From NCBI GenBank assembly GCA_977030845.1, contig OZ365113.1:12028001-12092000 (forward strand): 64,000 bases of DNA, in the 5' to 3' direction. This document shows positions 40,590 through 53,511 of the stretch, piece after piece. The notes beneath the pieces were generated by a model that made no database searches, was not told where the DNA came from, and saw nothing but the letters and a program-made list of their open reading frames with translations. This DNA comes from Fimbriosthenelais zetlandica. Its lineage: Eukaryota. Positions within the stretch are counted from its first letter, which is position 1; each line of letters begins with the position of its first letter. The position numbers and the translations under genes were made by a program.

Positions 40590-40720
40590 GTAGGACGGGA
40601 CGCGTGGGTAAATAGGCCAATGGGAGGTCGCGGGTCAGAGAAGTGACGAAAGGTACCGGAAGTGCCGACGTGTAGGAGGAAGTTTGTCGGGCGCTTCCTA
40701 AAGCCAGACATCCAATAAGG
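40590..40720. promoter_or_regulatory. Candidate CpG-rich promoter
   Basis: Local CpG enrichment in an AT-rich background, with a CCAAT box (~40617), a TGACG half-site and an ETS motif ACCGGAAGTG (40655-40664). Confidence 0.3.
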
Positions 40721-43700
40721 ATGCTGAACCACGAACCCGTCTTGAAAATGTGCCAAGTATGCGTATTATGTTGTTCATGTTCTTTTCTACATGGCAATCA
40801 AGTGTAAAATGTGAAGGCACGTTTGGTGCTGTCTGCTCAGTGATATCGCAATTGATGGGTGAATAAAAAGTGGACAGCCTGTCTCAGTGTTTATCCATTA
40901 TCTCAGCCTGTGAGAGTAGACAGGGCTTCCATCTATATTCTAGACGATCTTCAATGAAAGTCTTATGCAAATTGGATATCGGTTCACAGGATGCTGGCCT
41001 GTCATGTGAAAACGAGCCGACCAATCTACTTACACTCTTCTGCTAGGCTTATCCACTCCTCACTAGCAAATTCGTTAAAAAGTGAAGCACCGAGCCTGAG
41101 TGCATACAATGAAATCACCACAGTGTTTCAGACTCCTGCCATTAATCCCCCACTGAACTCTACATATACTGGACAGAAGCCAACAACCTTCAGACATGGT
41201 ATCATGAAATCAAATTGAAATGATGACTGCTAATAAGTTGTCACTTAGGTTGAGGTGGAACCTATCCCTCCCAGTCCCACATTATAAACGGATTTTCTAA
41301 TTTACATTTATTACCTTGCAATGTCTCAGGAACTCTCTAAGCGTTTCTAAGCTCTGGCTGCATCGATTCAGAAGCAATGATGCTTACTTGTGGAAGCCTA
41401 TAGCTGATCTGCCGGATTCCTCATGTTCTGAGAATGATTGATGAGTTCAAAGGGGAAATACAAACCTCCAACTGAAAACCTCCATTCGATATACGACCTT
41501 TATAAGACCCTCATGCCCATCTGACGAATGAAGGCATATCTCATTTGAAAGAAGACGCTGACAACTTGAAATGATAATTCAGCTAATTTTACATGTGTGG
41601 GTGTGGTGTTCATAAAATGAAAGTAGGACGTAGGATAGGGTTAGTTGGGACTGGCAGGCAGGTGCAGGTTATTGAGACAGAGAGAGTGGGACTGTAGGTA
41701 CAATGCCAATGGATGTTGAAGTAGGAGTGTGCAAAGTATGTGACATGTGAACAAGTCCTGATTCGACTTGGCTCAGAATTCTTTTCATTTGACTTTTCCC
41801 GTAGAGTTATCAAGGTGTATGCACTCAAACATTATCGACTTTAATGTGTACTTTATCATATAAAAGGATTGTTAAACAAAATGTGTATTTAAACAGACGG
41901 AAAAACTCACTTATCGTGCCTTAGGCAACAACATTCAAAGGCAAACGAAAAACTGTCATGCTGCACTTGCTGACGTCACCAGTTCAGCTGCCTTTACTTG
42001 TGCCATTGCATAAAGTGCCATTTGTGTTTTGTAAGGTTGTAAAAATGTCAGAAAATGTGTGTACTAAAATGCGAACTGAACGATTTAGTGCTCGTGTATG
42101 ACTAACATTTATTTTAACCATCCAACAACTGAAGAGCTGCTTGAAGTACGAGGAAGTAAACAACAGATGATTGTGTCAGATTTCATTAAATGGCAACAGG
42201 GCGACATGGGATGTCTTACTTTGCCCTTTCTGTACGAGGTTTGTATTCAACAACCTTTTTATTAACGGTTTTGAAGATCGGTTTGAAGTTCCCTGCACAG
42301 TTGAATTTTCATATAGGGTGAATATGATGATAATTGCACGTAGCTGCATAAAAATATTGCGCACCCTTGCACATAATCATTATTGTTCATTACCCTGTTG
42401 ATATGTATTATACATGTCCAATACACAAGTCCAATACGAACAATTTCTTCGCAACCAATTTCTTCTGGCCAGTAATTGAATCAACACAGATATATAATTA
42501 TTTTGTCACCAAGGGCATTTAAAGTGTATACAACCCAGGCTTGGAAAATGAAACAGAAATTCTATCACCTCGGCGGAAGGATATAATTCCTCGCTTGCTT
42601 ACAGTACACTGGCCATAAAGACAGATTTAGGTGCAATAAATATCCTGGGTCTGTTGGGCTGGTAAATCCCTTTGGTGGACCCCCCAGAGTGCTGTGCCCT
42701 TGGGCCCTTCCAAGCAAACTCAAAGCCCTCCTAACTCTCACTGGTTATACAAACCAGAGGCCAGAGTTGAGGGACTGATCTATATAGAATCTGCACCTCC
42801 CATCTGTATATCATCCGTTGTTTGTTATCTTCACCACCCAACAAGTCCGCTAATGAACTCTTGATTGCCCTGACTAGTGGAGAGACAGAGAGAGATACGA
42901 GATGCTACCTCCTACTGGTCAATAATACGCAATGCTGAAAAGCGTGAGACAGAACTTCTGATTGGTGTACTTACAGATTCCTGCCTAGGCCCCTGTCAGA
43001 GCCATTCATCTAGCTCCAAAAGTCACGAGAGTGAGTTTTTCTAATGAGCCTAGGCCTGGTGAATCGATAATAACAACTAATTGTATTCGTGTTGATCGAT
43101 AAGATCAGTAAACATTGATAAATCGATCATCTGCCAGCTTTGGGTCAATATCCTCCCATACCTCAGTATGATGAAGCATGCATGCTGGACCTTAGAGATC
43201 TACTGTTAGTCCCACCTCTCCTCAATCCGCCAGATCATGCCTGTCTGCTTCTGGAGTTTTGAAATAGTCTGTCCATACATTTCGCCAGCCAATCTACATT
43301 AAAGCTTCTTTAAATCATACTTTCCCATAAACTCAAGCAAGCCCTGGCATAAGCCAACCCAAATGATGTTGGGTAGCATCTAATTGAGCTTCATGTTATG
43401 GAGAGTCAATGCTAAGGAGGCCCTAAAATGTTAGGATTTTTGTAAGTATAGCCTATGTACAACTGAATCGCTGATTAGAAGGTCCACAAACATACAGAAT
43501 AGACCTCCCACTTTTATAATAATTATTACTTGCTACTATGTGCAGTGCTAAGATCCTGAGAGACAGAGACCTTTGCATGGAATCCCATTTCTGCAGTCAG
43601 GTCATATGCTGTAGTATGTCCGCGGAACCCTAAGACTCAGCTAGAAGCCATAGGGTAAAATAAATTTTCCTTCTGCTACTGTTAACATATGGACAACTCC

Positions 43701-45742
43701 ACTGAGGATATTTCATTCACCAGAGCCAAGAAAAATTTAATAAAAGTGTCTGTTTGTAGATGGCCTGGCATAGCATGTAGCAAGGCAACACAACAAAAGC
43801 CTTATCAGAATGGACACAGTGGACTATAAACACAATGCAGACGCCACTGAGTTAGAAAGATTATTTCTTATCGGTGTCAATTTGTGGGCTGACCTTGCCA
43901 GTATTATTTAAAGTATATACCCTTTCCGTTATCTGCTAGCGACTAAAGTGGGAAAAACTACATGGCCCGGAGAAAACTGTTTGGATAAGTATTTTTGTTA
44001 GCTTATCATGCTTGCATTTGTTATCATTCTCTTCATTTCATTTAGACTGAGGGGTCTTTTTTTAAATAATCATGCCAACTAGTGCCATTGTGGATTGAGT
44101 GAAGCTCATCCTCCCATGATATTATCCCATTGCTCCCTTGAGCCACAATCCCATCCGGGTGGAAACTGCACTAATCCTTGCTTCTTATTCTGGCAAATTT
44201 GCTCCTGAAATGATTAAGCTTTTTCTGTTGTTGTTTCAGAAGAGGTTTCCTTTTGTTTCAGCTTGAAATACCAGTATATAATGGGAAGAAGACAAGAAAG
44301 GTTAGCACCAACATAGTTATGCATTTAGATAAATCCCCTCGTGGTGGGTATTTTGCCCCACGGGTATAAGAGACTAACCCTGTCTTTGCGGATTAGTGAA
44401 GGATTTGGGGCCTTTACTAGATAATTCCACTCAAGGTAATGGCTTCCCCTGGGCAACAAAAGAACATGTACGTTAACCCTATGTAGACGACATCTTTATC
44501 TTTACTCAGCTTCGTCTTTTGTATCCTTTCCTTCCTCAGCTTCTTGTCAGAGTATAATTATATGCTTTATGAAAAGGAGCTTCGATCTCAGTGCTCATGT
44601 ATAGATACCTAGTCTCAGTTCAGTTTACCAATTAGTGTTTTTTTCTTTTATATTCCTCTATATAAACATGATGTGAATACTATAGTTGCCTTAGCGGGAG
44701 TCTCACGCCAGAGCAGCATATGTAGTGTACACAAGGGATAGACTAATGTATAAGAAGTTGATCCTCATTTACATTCTCCACGCAGCAGTTGCTCTCCCAA
44801 TGCTAGCCTCCCTCTAATTTGGTCACTACAGAACATTTTTAGAGAGATTGGCTAGACATCGACAGTCTATTTGTCTGCATACTATTCAAATCTAGACTCG
44901 TGTGTCTGAAGTTCCAATATTTCTAGAGCTCCAGAATAGAAAGTTGGGAAGTACTTCAAAGATCGTTTGCTGTTGCAAAGTGCTCTAGCCTCTCAGCCTC
45001 CTTAACAACATGCCGAGGGTTTGAAGATAGGAGCCGAGCCAAAAGTCCCGGGTGTAGAATGTACTAAATGAGGCAAGATAATTACTGTGCTATTGGTTCA
45101 TCTAATATCACTGAGAAGAGACTTTCTCTGTGAATGAGTCTTAGCCCTGTCATTACGTGGATAAGTACACGGTCATATGGCTGCTCGCCCTCCTTAACTC
45201 CTTCCCAATACTCACCACTAATACAACTGGCTTCACTGAGTAGTGTGGGCTAAAAAGGTTCCGTCAACCAAACAGAGAACCCTAGACCCAAAGTAATTTA
45301 CCTTCGCCCAGAATGGGGTTTCTGACGAATGTACCCGTTAAATCAAGACACATAATCGGGCATGAAATTGTTCAATGGTTGTGCCATGTCTGTAGGGAAT
45401 AATCCCTTTCTGATATTTCACTGAGCAGTCATGCAGCAGAGTCCATGATGATAAGGGTCTTACGTGATAAATCTCTTCAGGGCAGCATGTAATGAAAATG
45501 AGCTTGGATTTCACATTTTTTTTGGGCTCATTAATGAGAGCAAATTACTTGGTTCGTGAACACTAGCATGATCAAAGTGAACTAGCCATTAGATAAATTA
45601 GCAATCGCTTGTCATCCTAAAATGTAATATGACGACATAGACTTTGGTGCGAAATACAATGATATCAACGGAAAAAGGAAAGTTAGGCCTACTGGAAAAG
45701 ACTGGAATCTGGTGTCTATACGCAAAGATAACGAAATAGTAA

Positions 45743-45972
45743 AGCCCGACATCCACCAGCCCGATTTTCATCCCGATTTTGCGATCTTAAGCGATCACAG
45801 GCGATCGGGACCCCAAAAACAGATGATCGGACTGGTGGATGCTAAAATCTTGGGATCGGCGCCGATTTTTCTATGTTAAATCAATAGAGAAATGATCCGG
45901 AACGATTTCATTTTGATCTTTGCCGATCACAAAAATCCGTGCCCTCAAAGATCGTACAGTGGATATTGGGCT
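45743..45972. mobile_element. PIF/Harbinger (Tourist-like) MITE, 230 bp
   Basis: 14-bp TIRs AGCCCGACATCCAC / GTGGATATTGGGCT (12/14 match), flanked on both sides by TAA (45740-45742, 45973-45975). Internal CCGAT/GATC motifs are repeated. Confidence 0.85.
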
Positions 45973-47949
45973 TAAAGCTGTTGTGATGTACAGAGACGTC
46001 TAACCTCAGAAGAGAGGACATCCTGCCCTATCAGCCAATGGAATCACACCAGCTGTAATAGTCCATTGCCACTTTTTTGCCCACTATCGCATCTTCCCCT
46101 ATTCCACTGTCCGCTCCTTCAAGTAGATTTTAAAAGCTTCTCTGGAAGGGACGTGACCACTGCAGCTCGTTGTAATATCTCCAGAGGCGATTACGATTAC
46201 CCAGTGAGGTGGTCTGCCCTGGGTGCAGGTGGCTTCAAATGGCCTTAGTGACAGAAATTGCTACGTATTGGATTGAGCTAACCTCATTCATTTGACAGTC
46301 ATCAACAGCCTCTATATATCAATTAAACCTTAAGTGATCGTAGGCAATGCTGCATAACTCTTTCCATGTGACGTGTTAAGATGCAAGAGATTCTCCTGAA
46401 AAGACATTCATCACTTTACAATGAAGTGATTACCTGGTATGTGGGTCCAGAATGTCATTACGTCTGCTCCCCATTCATTAGGGCCATTCATTAAGTGGTA
46501 AATAATTATATACATAATTCTCTACCTACTTTATTCCACTCCCAATCCCATAGGGTTAGTATTGGGGTAAGATATATAATGTAAGTGCTATCGGGATTTC
46601 CTTTCTATTTTAAATTCTAACGTTATAACTATGTGTTACATGAATCGCATTTCCTCTTATGATGAAAGACAATAATGATCTTATATATATTTAGATTACC
46701 ATGGGTTAATCCCATGGATCAAGAAATGGCGATGGGAAAACTTTAAACCAACAATATCACTCTGGTTTTGTTCCCTGAGGACGAGATTCTGTATTTTGGT
46801 GTGCCCCCACACGGCCTAGGGTCACACCTGAACCAATCATCGCCCTTTTAGTCTTCCATCTAACGGTAGATTGGTCATAAACGATCTGTAGTAAGCCTGG
46901 CAGCGTTTAGCCTGCATCACATGCCTCCAAGAAGAGAAAAGCCTGGCCTTAGACAGCCCTAGTTCTAATAGAAAATCAATATCCCAGTGGACATTGTGCT
47001 CTGGTGGGGGTATTCGAGGGTCCACCCACTTTGCTCCGGCCATCTATGTCCCTGTGGTCAGTGAAAGGACGTTGTACGGGGATTATCTATAGATGTTCAT
47101 GGTCAACGCGTGACCCTACCTTAACCTCTCTCAGTGGCATTCTCCATCTTCCTCCAATTCAACAAGGGATACCTCCTCCTGGAAATTCTAAAATATCTGC
47201 TAAATAACAATGAGCTTATGAAATCTGAAATTGAAAGGCATAGTCATGGAAGGTCTGTGAGAACTTTCCCAAATTTCTCTGAATAAAATTGAGAGTCTTC
47301 CCATGCTACTTTCTACACGTTATAGACTTTCAGGCTGGCTAAGGTACTTCCGTTGGGAACGACACAACTGGGAATTCCATCACATGGCCATTATTTGTTT
47401 CGTTGGCAGGACACTCCCCTTCAACTGTACAAAAGTAGAATTTTCAGGCATGCATGGTAGTCAATAAAATTTTATGTAAGCGCTGCATTATAGATTTCCA
47501 TTTCTTTGAAGTTGGTCCATTGTACACTGTTTCACGAAAGAAGAAATCTTATACGCGTTATACATTTTGCCAATGATTCTAAACAATTATGTTTTTTTTA
47601 TCTTCTGGCATACAAATTTGCAGTAAAATGTCAGACTGTCTATCTTTGAAGAAATTAAAACCAAAAACAAACATAGGTTGATGGAAATTGAACATTGCAC
47701 GTGTGGAATGCCTATGTTTGAACAGAAGATGATCCTTATTAATATACAAGAACTGGGAAGAACCGCATTATGAACGTTTGCTTCCAATGCATCTCAGAAT
47801 TACATTACCCTCACATGCTAATATAAGGACAAAATGAGTCTATATTGACTTTCGGGTCGTAACTCTGACTTCCAGAAGTTTCTTTCCCATTTCCTCATCC
47901 CAGGGACCTGATCCGGACTTTCTGTCTGAGAGAAGTCAGTTGCACATGC

Positions 47950-48740
47950 CATGACATTGTCCTATTGCATGTGGCTTTGCCATGTCATTTATAACCGTCA
48001 AGCCGTTTCCAATTTATATTCTGTTTGAAGCCCATTATGCACAGGTCTTGCTACCATAGCTCTTTTGTGCAGGACATGTATGCCTTACTATTAGAGCCCT
48101 GGGAGATGCAGATTGCAAGGGTGGATGCTTTCTCTGTCGAGAGACCACCACTTCACTTATAGATTGCCCTTCATACCATGAGCTCAAATCGCCGACTCTT
48201 ATGAGGATGTCCTCTTTTGATGTGAACAAGGTCTTTCATTACCTCAGAAGGAATCCAGAGCCTTGCTTGAGTGTACTCTGGTGTGATTAATGTGCTCACA
48301 ATAGATCCTCAGGAATCAAAGCCAGCTTAAGGCACAGCTATAGGCTGCACAGAACTTAGCCTGTTAATTTCTTTCCTTTACACCAGGTATTGGTGAGAAA
48401 GCCAACGGTCTAAAATAGAGGGCACATTTTCCCTGGCAATGGGAAACCTGCGTTGTTTGACAAAATCATTTTGATGCATGTCACTTGTCAAGATGTGCTC
48501 TTTCCTCAACAGTTTCGTGTTTAAGAAGCACATCACCCAGTCGAGAGATCCCAATGTTGGTTTGACTATATTTTCTTTAAAGTTAATCTTTTCATTAAGC
48601 ACCTTCAGAGACAATTAACTACGCAGTTTTAATTGTTTCTGGCAAGATCACTTGCCACTGATAGCCCTTGCCACTGATACAGCCGACAGGCGGAAGCAAT
48701 CGGCATATAGGTGGGGCCGTTCACATTCACATGACCATAG
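47950..48740 (-). mobile_element. Decayed Ty3/Gypsy pol fragment (RNase H to integrase H2C2)
   Basis: MPIASACRL (cf. PIAYASR), DWVMCFLNTKLLRKEHILTSD (cf. WA...F..YLLG..F.L.TDH), LDRW..HQY, then RLWIPSEVMKDLVHIKRGHP (cf. RLVIP..LR..IL...H.GH). W-TD and TD-RW spacings match; other spacings indicate indels. Confidence 0.45.
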
Positions 48741-49680
48741 TTTCCCCCATCTAAAAGAGACAAGTATAAAGTTAGTATACTAATCCAAGAAGGACTGTTC
48801 AAGGAAAATTACATAAGAATTGGTCTTTACGTCTCCTAAAAAGCAATAAGTTCCTTTATATATGCATGAAGTATCCAATTTGATCCATATTGATGGTAGA
48901 AAAGTTTCGGAGCGGTTATGGAAGTTTGGCAATTTCATACAATAAGAAAAAGATTCAATTCCCTTAGGAACAATCGTGCAACAGAATTTGCATTTCATTC
49001 AATCTGCCTTAAGATTAATTGAATCCGTCCACCATTGTACAGACTGGATACCATTAAGCTATCATATTTCCAGTGCTTCTCGCACGATTCCACTGTTTCA
49101 AAGAAGTCTGGAAACAGCCAGGCCTACTGGAAACCTATGGTCTTTTCATACATGGCAACATGAACAAAATAAGGATGTGGGGAATTGCTTCTTTTTTTTC
49201 AATCCAAAAGCCCAGGAGTTGCATTGCATTTCATCTGAATGACAATGTGAACGAACACTCAACCCCCACAGTCAGCGTCTGAAAATAGACCTTTCAATAA
49301 TTGTTATCATGTCTTGTTATCACATTAAGCCTAACTTTTATTATCACATCTCCTTTAGGCCTACTCAGCAATAAGATTTTAGAGCTTATAATGTGTCATT
49401 TACACATGTATAATTACCCATTTATCATTGTTACGTTAATGTACCTTTATTGGATTTTGCCAAAGATCAATGTATGTTGCAAAACAAATGTTGCTAATTT
49501 CAGAAAACAGAACAGTAGGCTAATGGTAGGCCTACATGTACATGACCCCCGGGGACCTGACCTGAGAGGCCGCTGATAATTGATCCCAAATCTAGGGAGA
49601 CTCTTTTTCACCGTCTTCTTGTCAAGGCTTGACCACTCGACGCCTGGTGGCGCTCGGGTCGCCATAGTTGATGATACATG

Positions 49681-50515
49681 GTCCCGTACGACTACCCCAC
49701 CACCGGCAAGAGCGGGAACTAACGCTCAATGTTAAATCTATGGGGCGCCGGTCGGAATTTGAGGCGGGGTTTGTATAACTATAACAGCACCAAAATGTCT
49801 CAAAACTGAAATCCGTCGATGGAATTTCATGAAGAATTTATCGCATCCAAAAGAAGAGAGCTTACAAGTTTACAGTCAGAGAAAGAAGAGTCTTGGTGTT
49901 GTGGTCGATAATAGGGGCTTTGCAGGCTACTTCCGGGGTCATTTTGAAGTTGACCGTCCGGTGGCGCACTCAAGTTCTATACGGCAAACGACAGAACTAA
50001 GATAATGTTACTTTCTGTCCCGTGCGACTACCCCACCACCGGCAAAAGCGGGAACTAACAGTCCAGCTCCACGGGGCGTCGCTTGGAATTTTCAAAGGGC
50101 CTTTGTAGATCTATGAAAGCACCAAAATGACTCAAAACTGAAATCCGTCGGTAGATTTCCATAAAGAATTTATCACATCCAAAAAAGCAGAGCTTACAAG
50201 TTCACAGCCAGAGAATGAAGAGTCTTGTTGTTGTGAGCGATAATAGGGGCTTTGCAGGCTACTTTCTGGGTTATATTAAAGTTGACGGTTCGGTGCCGCT
50301 CTCGGCAAATGACAGAACTAAGATAATGTCACCACCGTCAAAAGTGGGAACTAACAATCAATGATGGGGTGTCGTTTGGAATTTTCAAAGGGCCTTTGTA
50401 GATCTATGAAAGCACCAAAATGACTGAAATCCGTGGGTAGATTTTCATAAAGAATTTATCACATTCAAAAGAACAGAGCTTACAAGTTTACAGCCAGAGA
50501 GTGAAGCAGTCTCGT
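49681..50515. repeat. Tandem repeat, 336-bp unit, ~2.5 copies
   Basis: GTCCCGT(A/G)CGACTACCCCACCACCGGCAA at 49681 and 50017, with a third, 5'-truncated copy from ~50330. Shared internal blocks include GAAAGCACCAAAATGACT-like and AGAGCTTACAAGTT. Confidence 0.92.
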
Positions 50516-51549
50516 TGACCTAGAATTAGGCTACACAATGATCGAGAAATACAGAGACTTGATTCACTTTTTCTAATTTTATTTTTCAGCCAATTCATGG
50601 TACATACTGGCCATGTACATGCACGATTGAATGAATGGTGATTTAATGTTTATGGGAGAATTCCTTACACGTTAGGTAAGATATTATACTTTCTATATAT
50701 TGCGGTCTAAGGCTTAGTAGATCTGCCTCAGGGAAGGAAGATCCAGGCCTAAGGGGGCCCACCCGGGAAATTTTACACATGTGAATATTAATTAAGCTAC
50801 ATTTTTTTCAGGATATTCCAACACCGTTGGAACACTAATAGAATGACCAACGATGACCCTCCCTCTAGTGTTAAAGTGAGGAGTGTGGGAGGCGTGGTGG
50901 TGTTTACAAAGCAGACATGTGTGCACACAATCGCAAGGTGAGTGTGTTTCTCTAAAATGTGCTTGTGTGGTCAGTTACTGTCCGTTTATTAATTACTGTG
51001 TCATGGTGTGTGTGATGGAGAGCATATAGGAGTCCAGTCACTATATATATATGCCGCATGTTGCTTACATTAGTTCGGCCTAGTCCATCAAGACAGGGGA
51101 TTTTGATTTGTTATTGAGGGTTTTTTATTTTCACTGTTGTTAGGTGCCAGCAATGTGACTGATGCTTCTATGGTACTTAGATCCAGTTATGACTGAGCTA
51201 CTGTCCTCAGATTTTCGAAGATATATTAATGATTTATAGAATACCTAGAAAATTCACTTTCAACTATTTATTTGTGCACTCCTATCCCTTGAAATCCGTT
51301 ATTTTATTTTTTCCAGGTGCTGTGATTTTGTATAATTATGTCCAAGATATGGTAATGGTTCCACCTCTTAGATCCATGGCTGTATGGTAGCTGCTTGTAT
51401 CGACTGAATCAACACAGCTGACCACCACTACTGCTGACCAGCGGGGAACATGCACCTATACTCGCTCCTACTCCTTCTAATCCTCATTCTACCACTCCCA
51501 GCTTGGTTAGTACCCTTCCACAGGCGTCTCTAATCTACACTTAGAGACT

Positions 51550-51603
51550 GCCCGGTCCTCAAATGCATTTTGGCCCGCCCGGTCCTCAAATGCATTTTGG
51601 CCC
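51550..51603. repeat. Perfect 27-bp tandem duplication
   Basis: GCCCGGTCCTCAAATGCATTTTGGCCC x2. Confidence 0.95.
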
Positions 51604-51664
51604 GTTTCTGACGTCACGGGGTGGATCTAATGAACTTGCTCAGACAGAGAAATGAGAAGAACAG

Positions 51665-51743
51665 AGAGGGATTCGAACCCAGGAAGTTGATCTCTAAAAG
51701 CACAAGTGAAAGGCGGATGACTTATCCACCAGGCCACAGTGGT
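51665..51743 (-). mobile_element. tRNA-derived SINE head / tRNA-like pseudogene
   Basis: Minus strand A-box TGGCCTGGTGG (51736-51726) and B-box GGTTCGAATCC (51679-51669). No coherent anticodon arm. Confidence 0.55.
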
Positions 51744-51859
51744 CTGTGCTTGTAGGTAGTGCATCTCTTGAATAGATTTGTAACAGGATAAAAATAGAAA
51801 TTCGGCTTAGCCCTAGCCTAGGACCAGGTTTGGGCAAAAGGGAAGGGGGTGGGGGAGGT

Positions 51860-52249
51860 GGCACTCAGAATCAAAGTGGTTCATTCTGCTCGTTCCCAAT
51901 TTCGGCGGGGAAAGGATGACCATGGAATATGAAAACAGCTAGGGTGCTTTTTCATTTCCACCTCTGTAACTGTGAAACTGTAAAAAAGGGTGTGTTGTAG
52001 GCCTAAATGAAAACAATAGACCTTCTATGTTGCGTTTATCCCATTCTATTATGTGAGGATATTGTATAGTTGGTCTAAAGATGACTATTTTCCCCACTTT
52101 TTTTAATATAGGGGTACTTGTGAACAGGGAAAATCCCCTTGTTTTCTAAGAAAATGGGTCCTATTAAAAATTCTTCAAAATTGTCTGTTTGTGTAGATAG
52201 TGAACAAGTATTTACCCATTTAGAGGTACCCACTTTGATTCTGAGTGCC
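51860..52249. mobile_element. MITE with perfect 20-bp inverted repeats, 390 bp, superfamily unassigned
   Basis: GGCACTCAGAATCAAAGTGG (51860-51879) / CCACTTTGATTCTGAGTGCC (52230-52249). G-rich and C-rich flanks suggest the true ends lie slightly further out. No clear TSD. Confidence 0.8.
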
Positions 52250-52504
52250 CCACACCAAAGGGACGTGACGAGGAAGGTATTTCCGAAGTGATCCTAAATT
52301 GCACACCTTGACCCATAATATTGCCAGTCAAGTATGTTACATAACTGAAAGCTAGCAAGCGTGGCTTTCTGGTACTGCTTGGGAGCTGGTCAAGTCAAGA
52401 CAAACAATCAATGACAAATATCTGTAACGGCATAACAATCAACTTCATAGAATACTCAATTGGGTAGACGATATCACTTGGTTGTTTGGTCGTGGTAGAA
52501 CGTA

Positions 52505-52633
52505 AATCGAGACCGGGTAGGTTTGGACTTCAGGCAATCTTCGGGTCCTTTGACCCACCTCGGGCCTTCGGCCCTCGGTGGGCCAAAATAGCCCCTTAGA
52601 TTGCCTTCAGTCCAAACCTACCCGGTCTCGATT
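52505..52633. mobile_element. 129-bp palindromic (hairpin) element
   Basis: 36-bp arms 52505-52540 and 52598-52633 (34/36 complementary) enclose a second GC-rich hairpin CCCACCTCGGGCCTTCGGCCCTCGGTGGG. Confidence 0.85.
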
Positions 52634-52662
52634 CACTAATTCTGAACTCTTCTTTCGGTCAT

Positions 52663-53165
52663 CAGGGGCGTAGCTACATGTACGCAAATACGCAGCGGAG
52701 TCCACATCATTTCACAAAAAAAGGGAAGGAAAAAAGTGTAGACCGACAGAGGTCAGCCGACCACTGTTACAGTTGTAATCAGTTCAGTGGTGATCTCTGT
52801 CGACGGACCTCTGTCGACTGACCTCTGTCATCTAACCTCTGTCGACGGACCTCTGTCATCTAACCTCTGTCGCCTAACCTCTCTCGACTGACCTCTGTCA
52901 TCTAACCTCTGTCGACTGACTTCTGTCGACTGACCTCTGTCGACTGACTTCTGTCGACTGACCTCTGTCGACTGACCTCTGTCATCAAACCTCTGTCATC
53001 AAACCTCTGTCATCAAACCTCTGTCGGCTGACCTCTGTCATCAAACCTCTGTCGCCTAACCTCTGTCGGCAGACCTCTGTCGACAGACATCTGTCGGGTT
53101 TAACTTGCCCTGCATCATTGTGGGAGTTCTTGAGTCCACTTCAACATTACCTGGCTACGCCCCTG
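52663..53165. mobile_element. hAT-like MITE, 503 bp, 12-bp TIRs, 5-bp TSD (GTCAT)
   Basis: GTCAT|CAGGGGCGTAGC ... GCTACGCCCCTG|GTCAT. Perfect TIRs; the interior is a 15-bp array. Confidence 0.85.
52794..53097. repeat. 15-bp minisatellite (ACCTCTGTCGACTG-type), ~20 copies, inside the hAT-like MITE
   Basis: Variants ACCTCTGTCGACTG, ACCTCTGTCATCTA and ACCTCTGTCATCAA. One inverted copy (GACAGAGGTCAGCCGAC) lies near 52743. Confidence 0.95.
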
Positions 53166-53373
53166 GTCATGTATGGATAATAAAGGCTGGAAAATACATA
53201 CAATCCTTGGATGTAACCTAACCTATGTCTTTTCACCTATGTCTATGTCTTGGTACAGCCAAATGCTTGGCACTCAATAAAAACAGTAACACTATATATG
53301 TATCAGGCTTCATTGCGCAGGTACCTGTTCCACTCGAACGCCCACATCCGCCGCTCACGACTGGAATCAACTT

Positions 53374-53511
53374 AAACATGAAATAGAGGAGGGTGCATTT
53401 TTCGTCGGACAAGGACTTGGCACAATCTGTGTCACGACTCTAAATTCGAAAATCTTTAATATCTCGGCAACCACAAGGTCTTTTTTCAAAATTCAAACTG
53501 GAAAATCTTAG
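53374..53511 (+). repeat. Interspersed module, copy 1 (direct copy at 54944-55092)
   Basis: AAACATGAAATAGAGGAGGGTGCATTTTTCGTCGGACAAG...TTGGCACAATCTGTGTCACGA...AAAATCTTTAATATCTCGGCAACCAC is shared by both copies. Confidence 0.9.
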
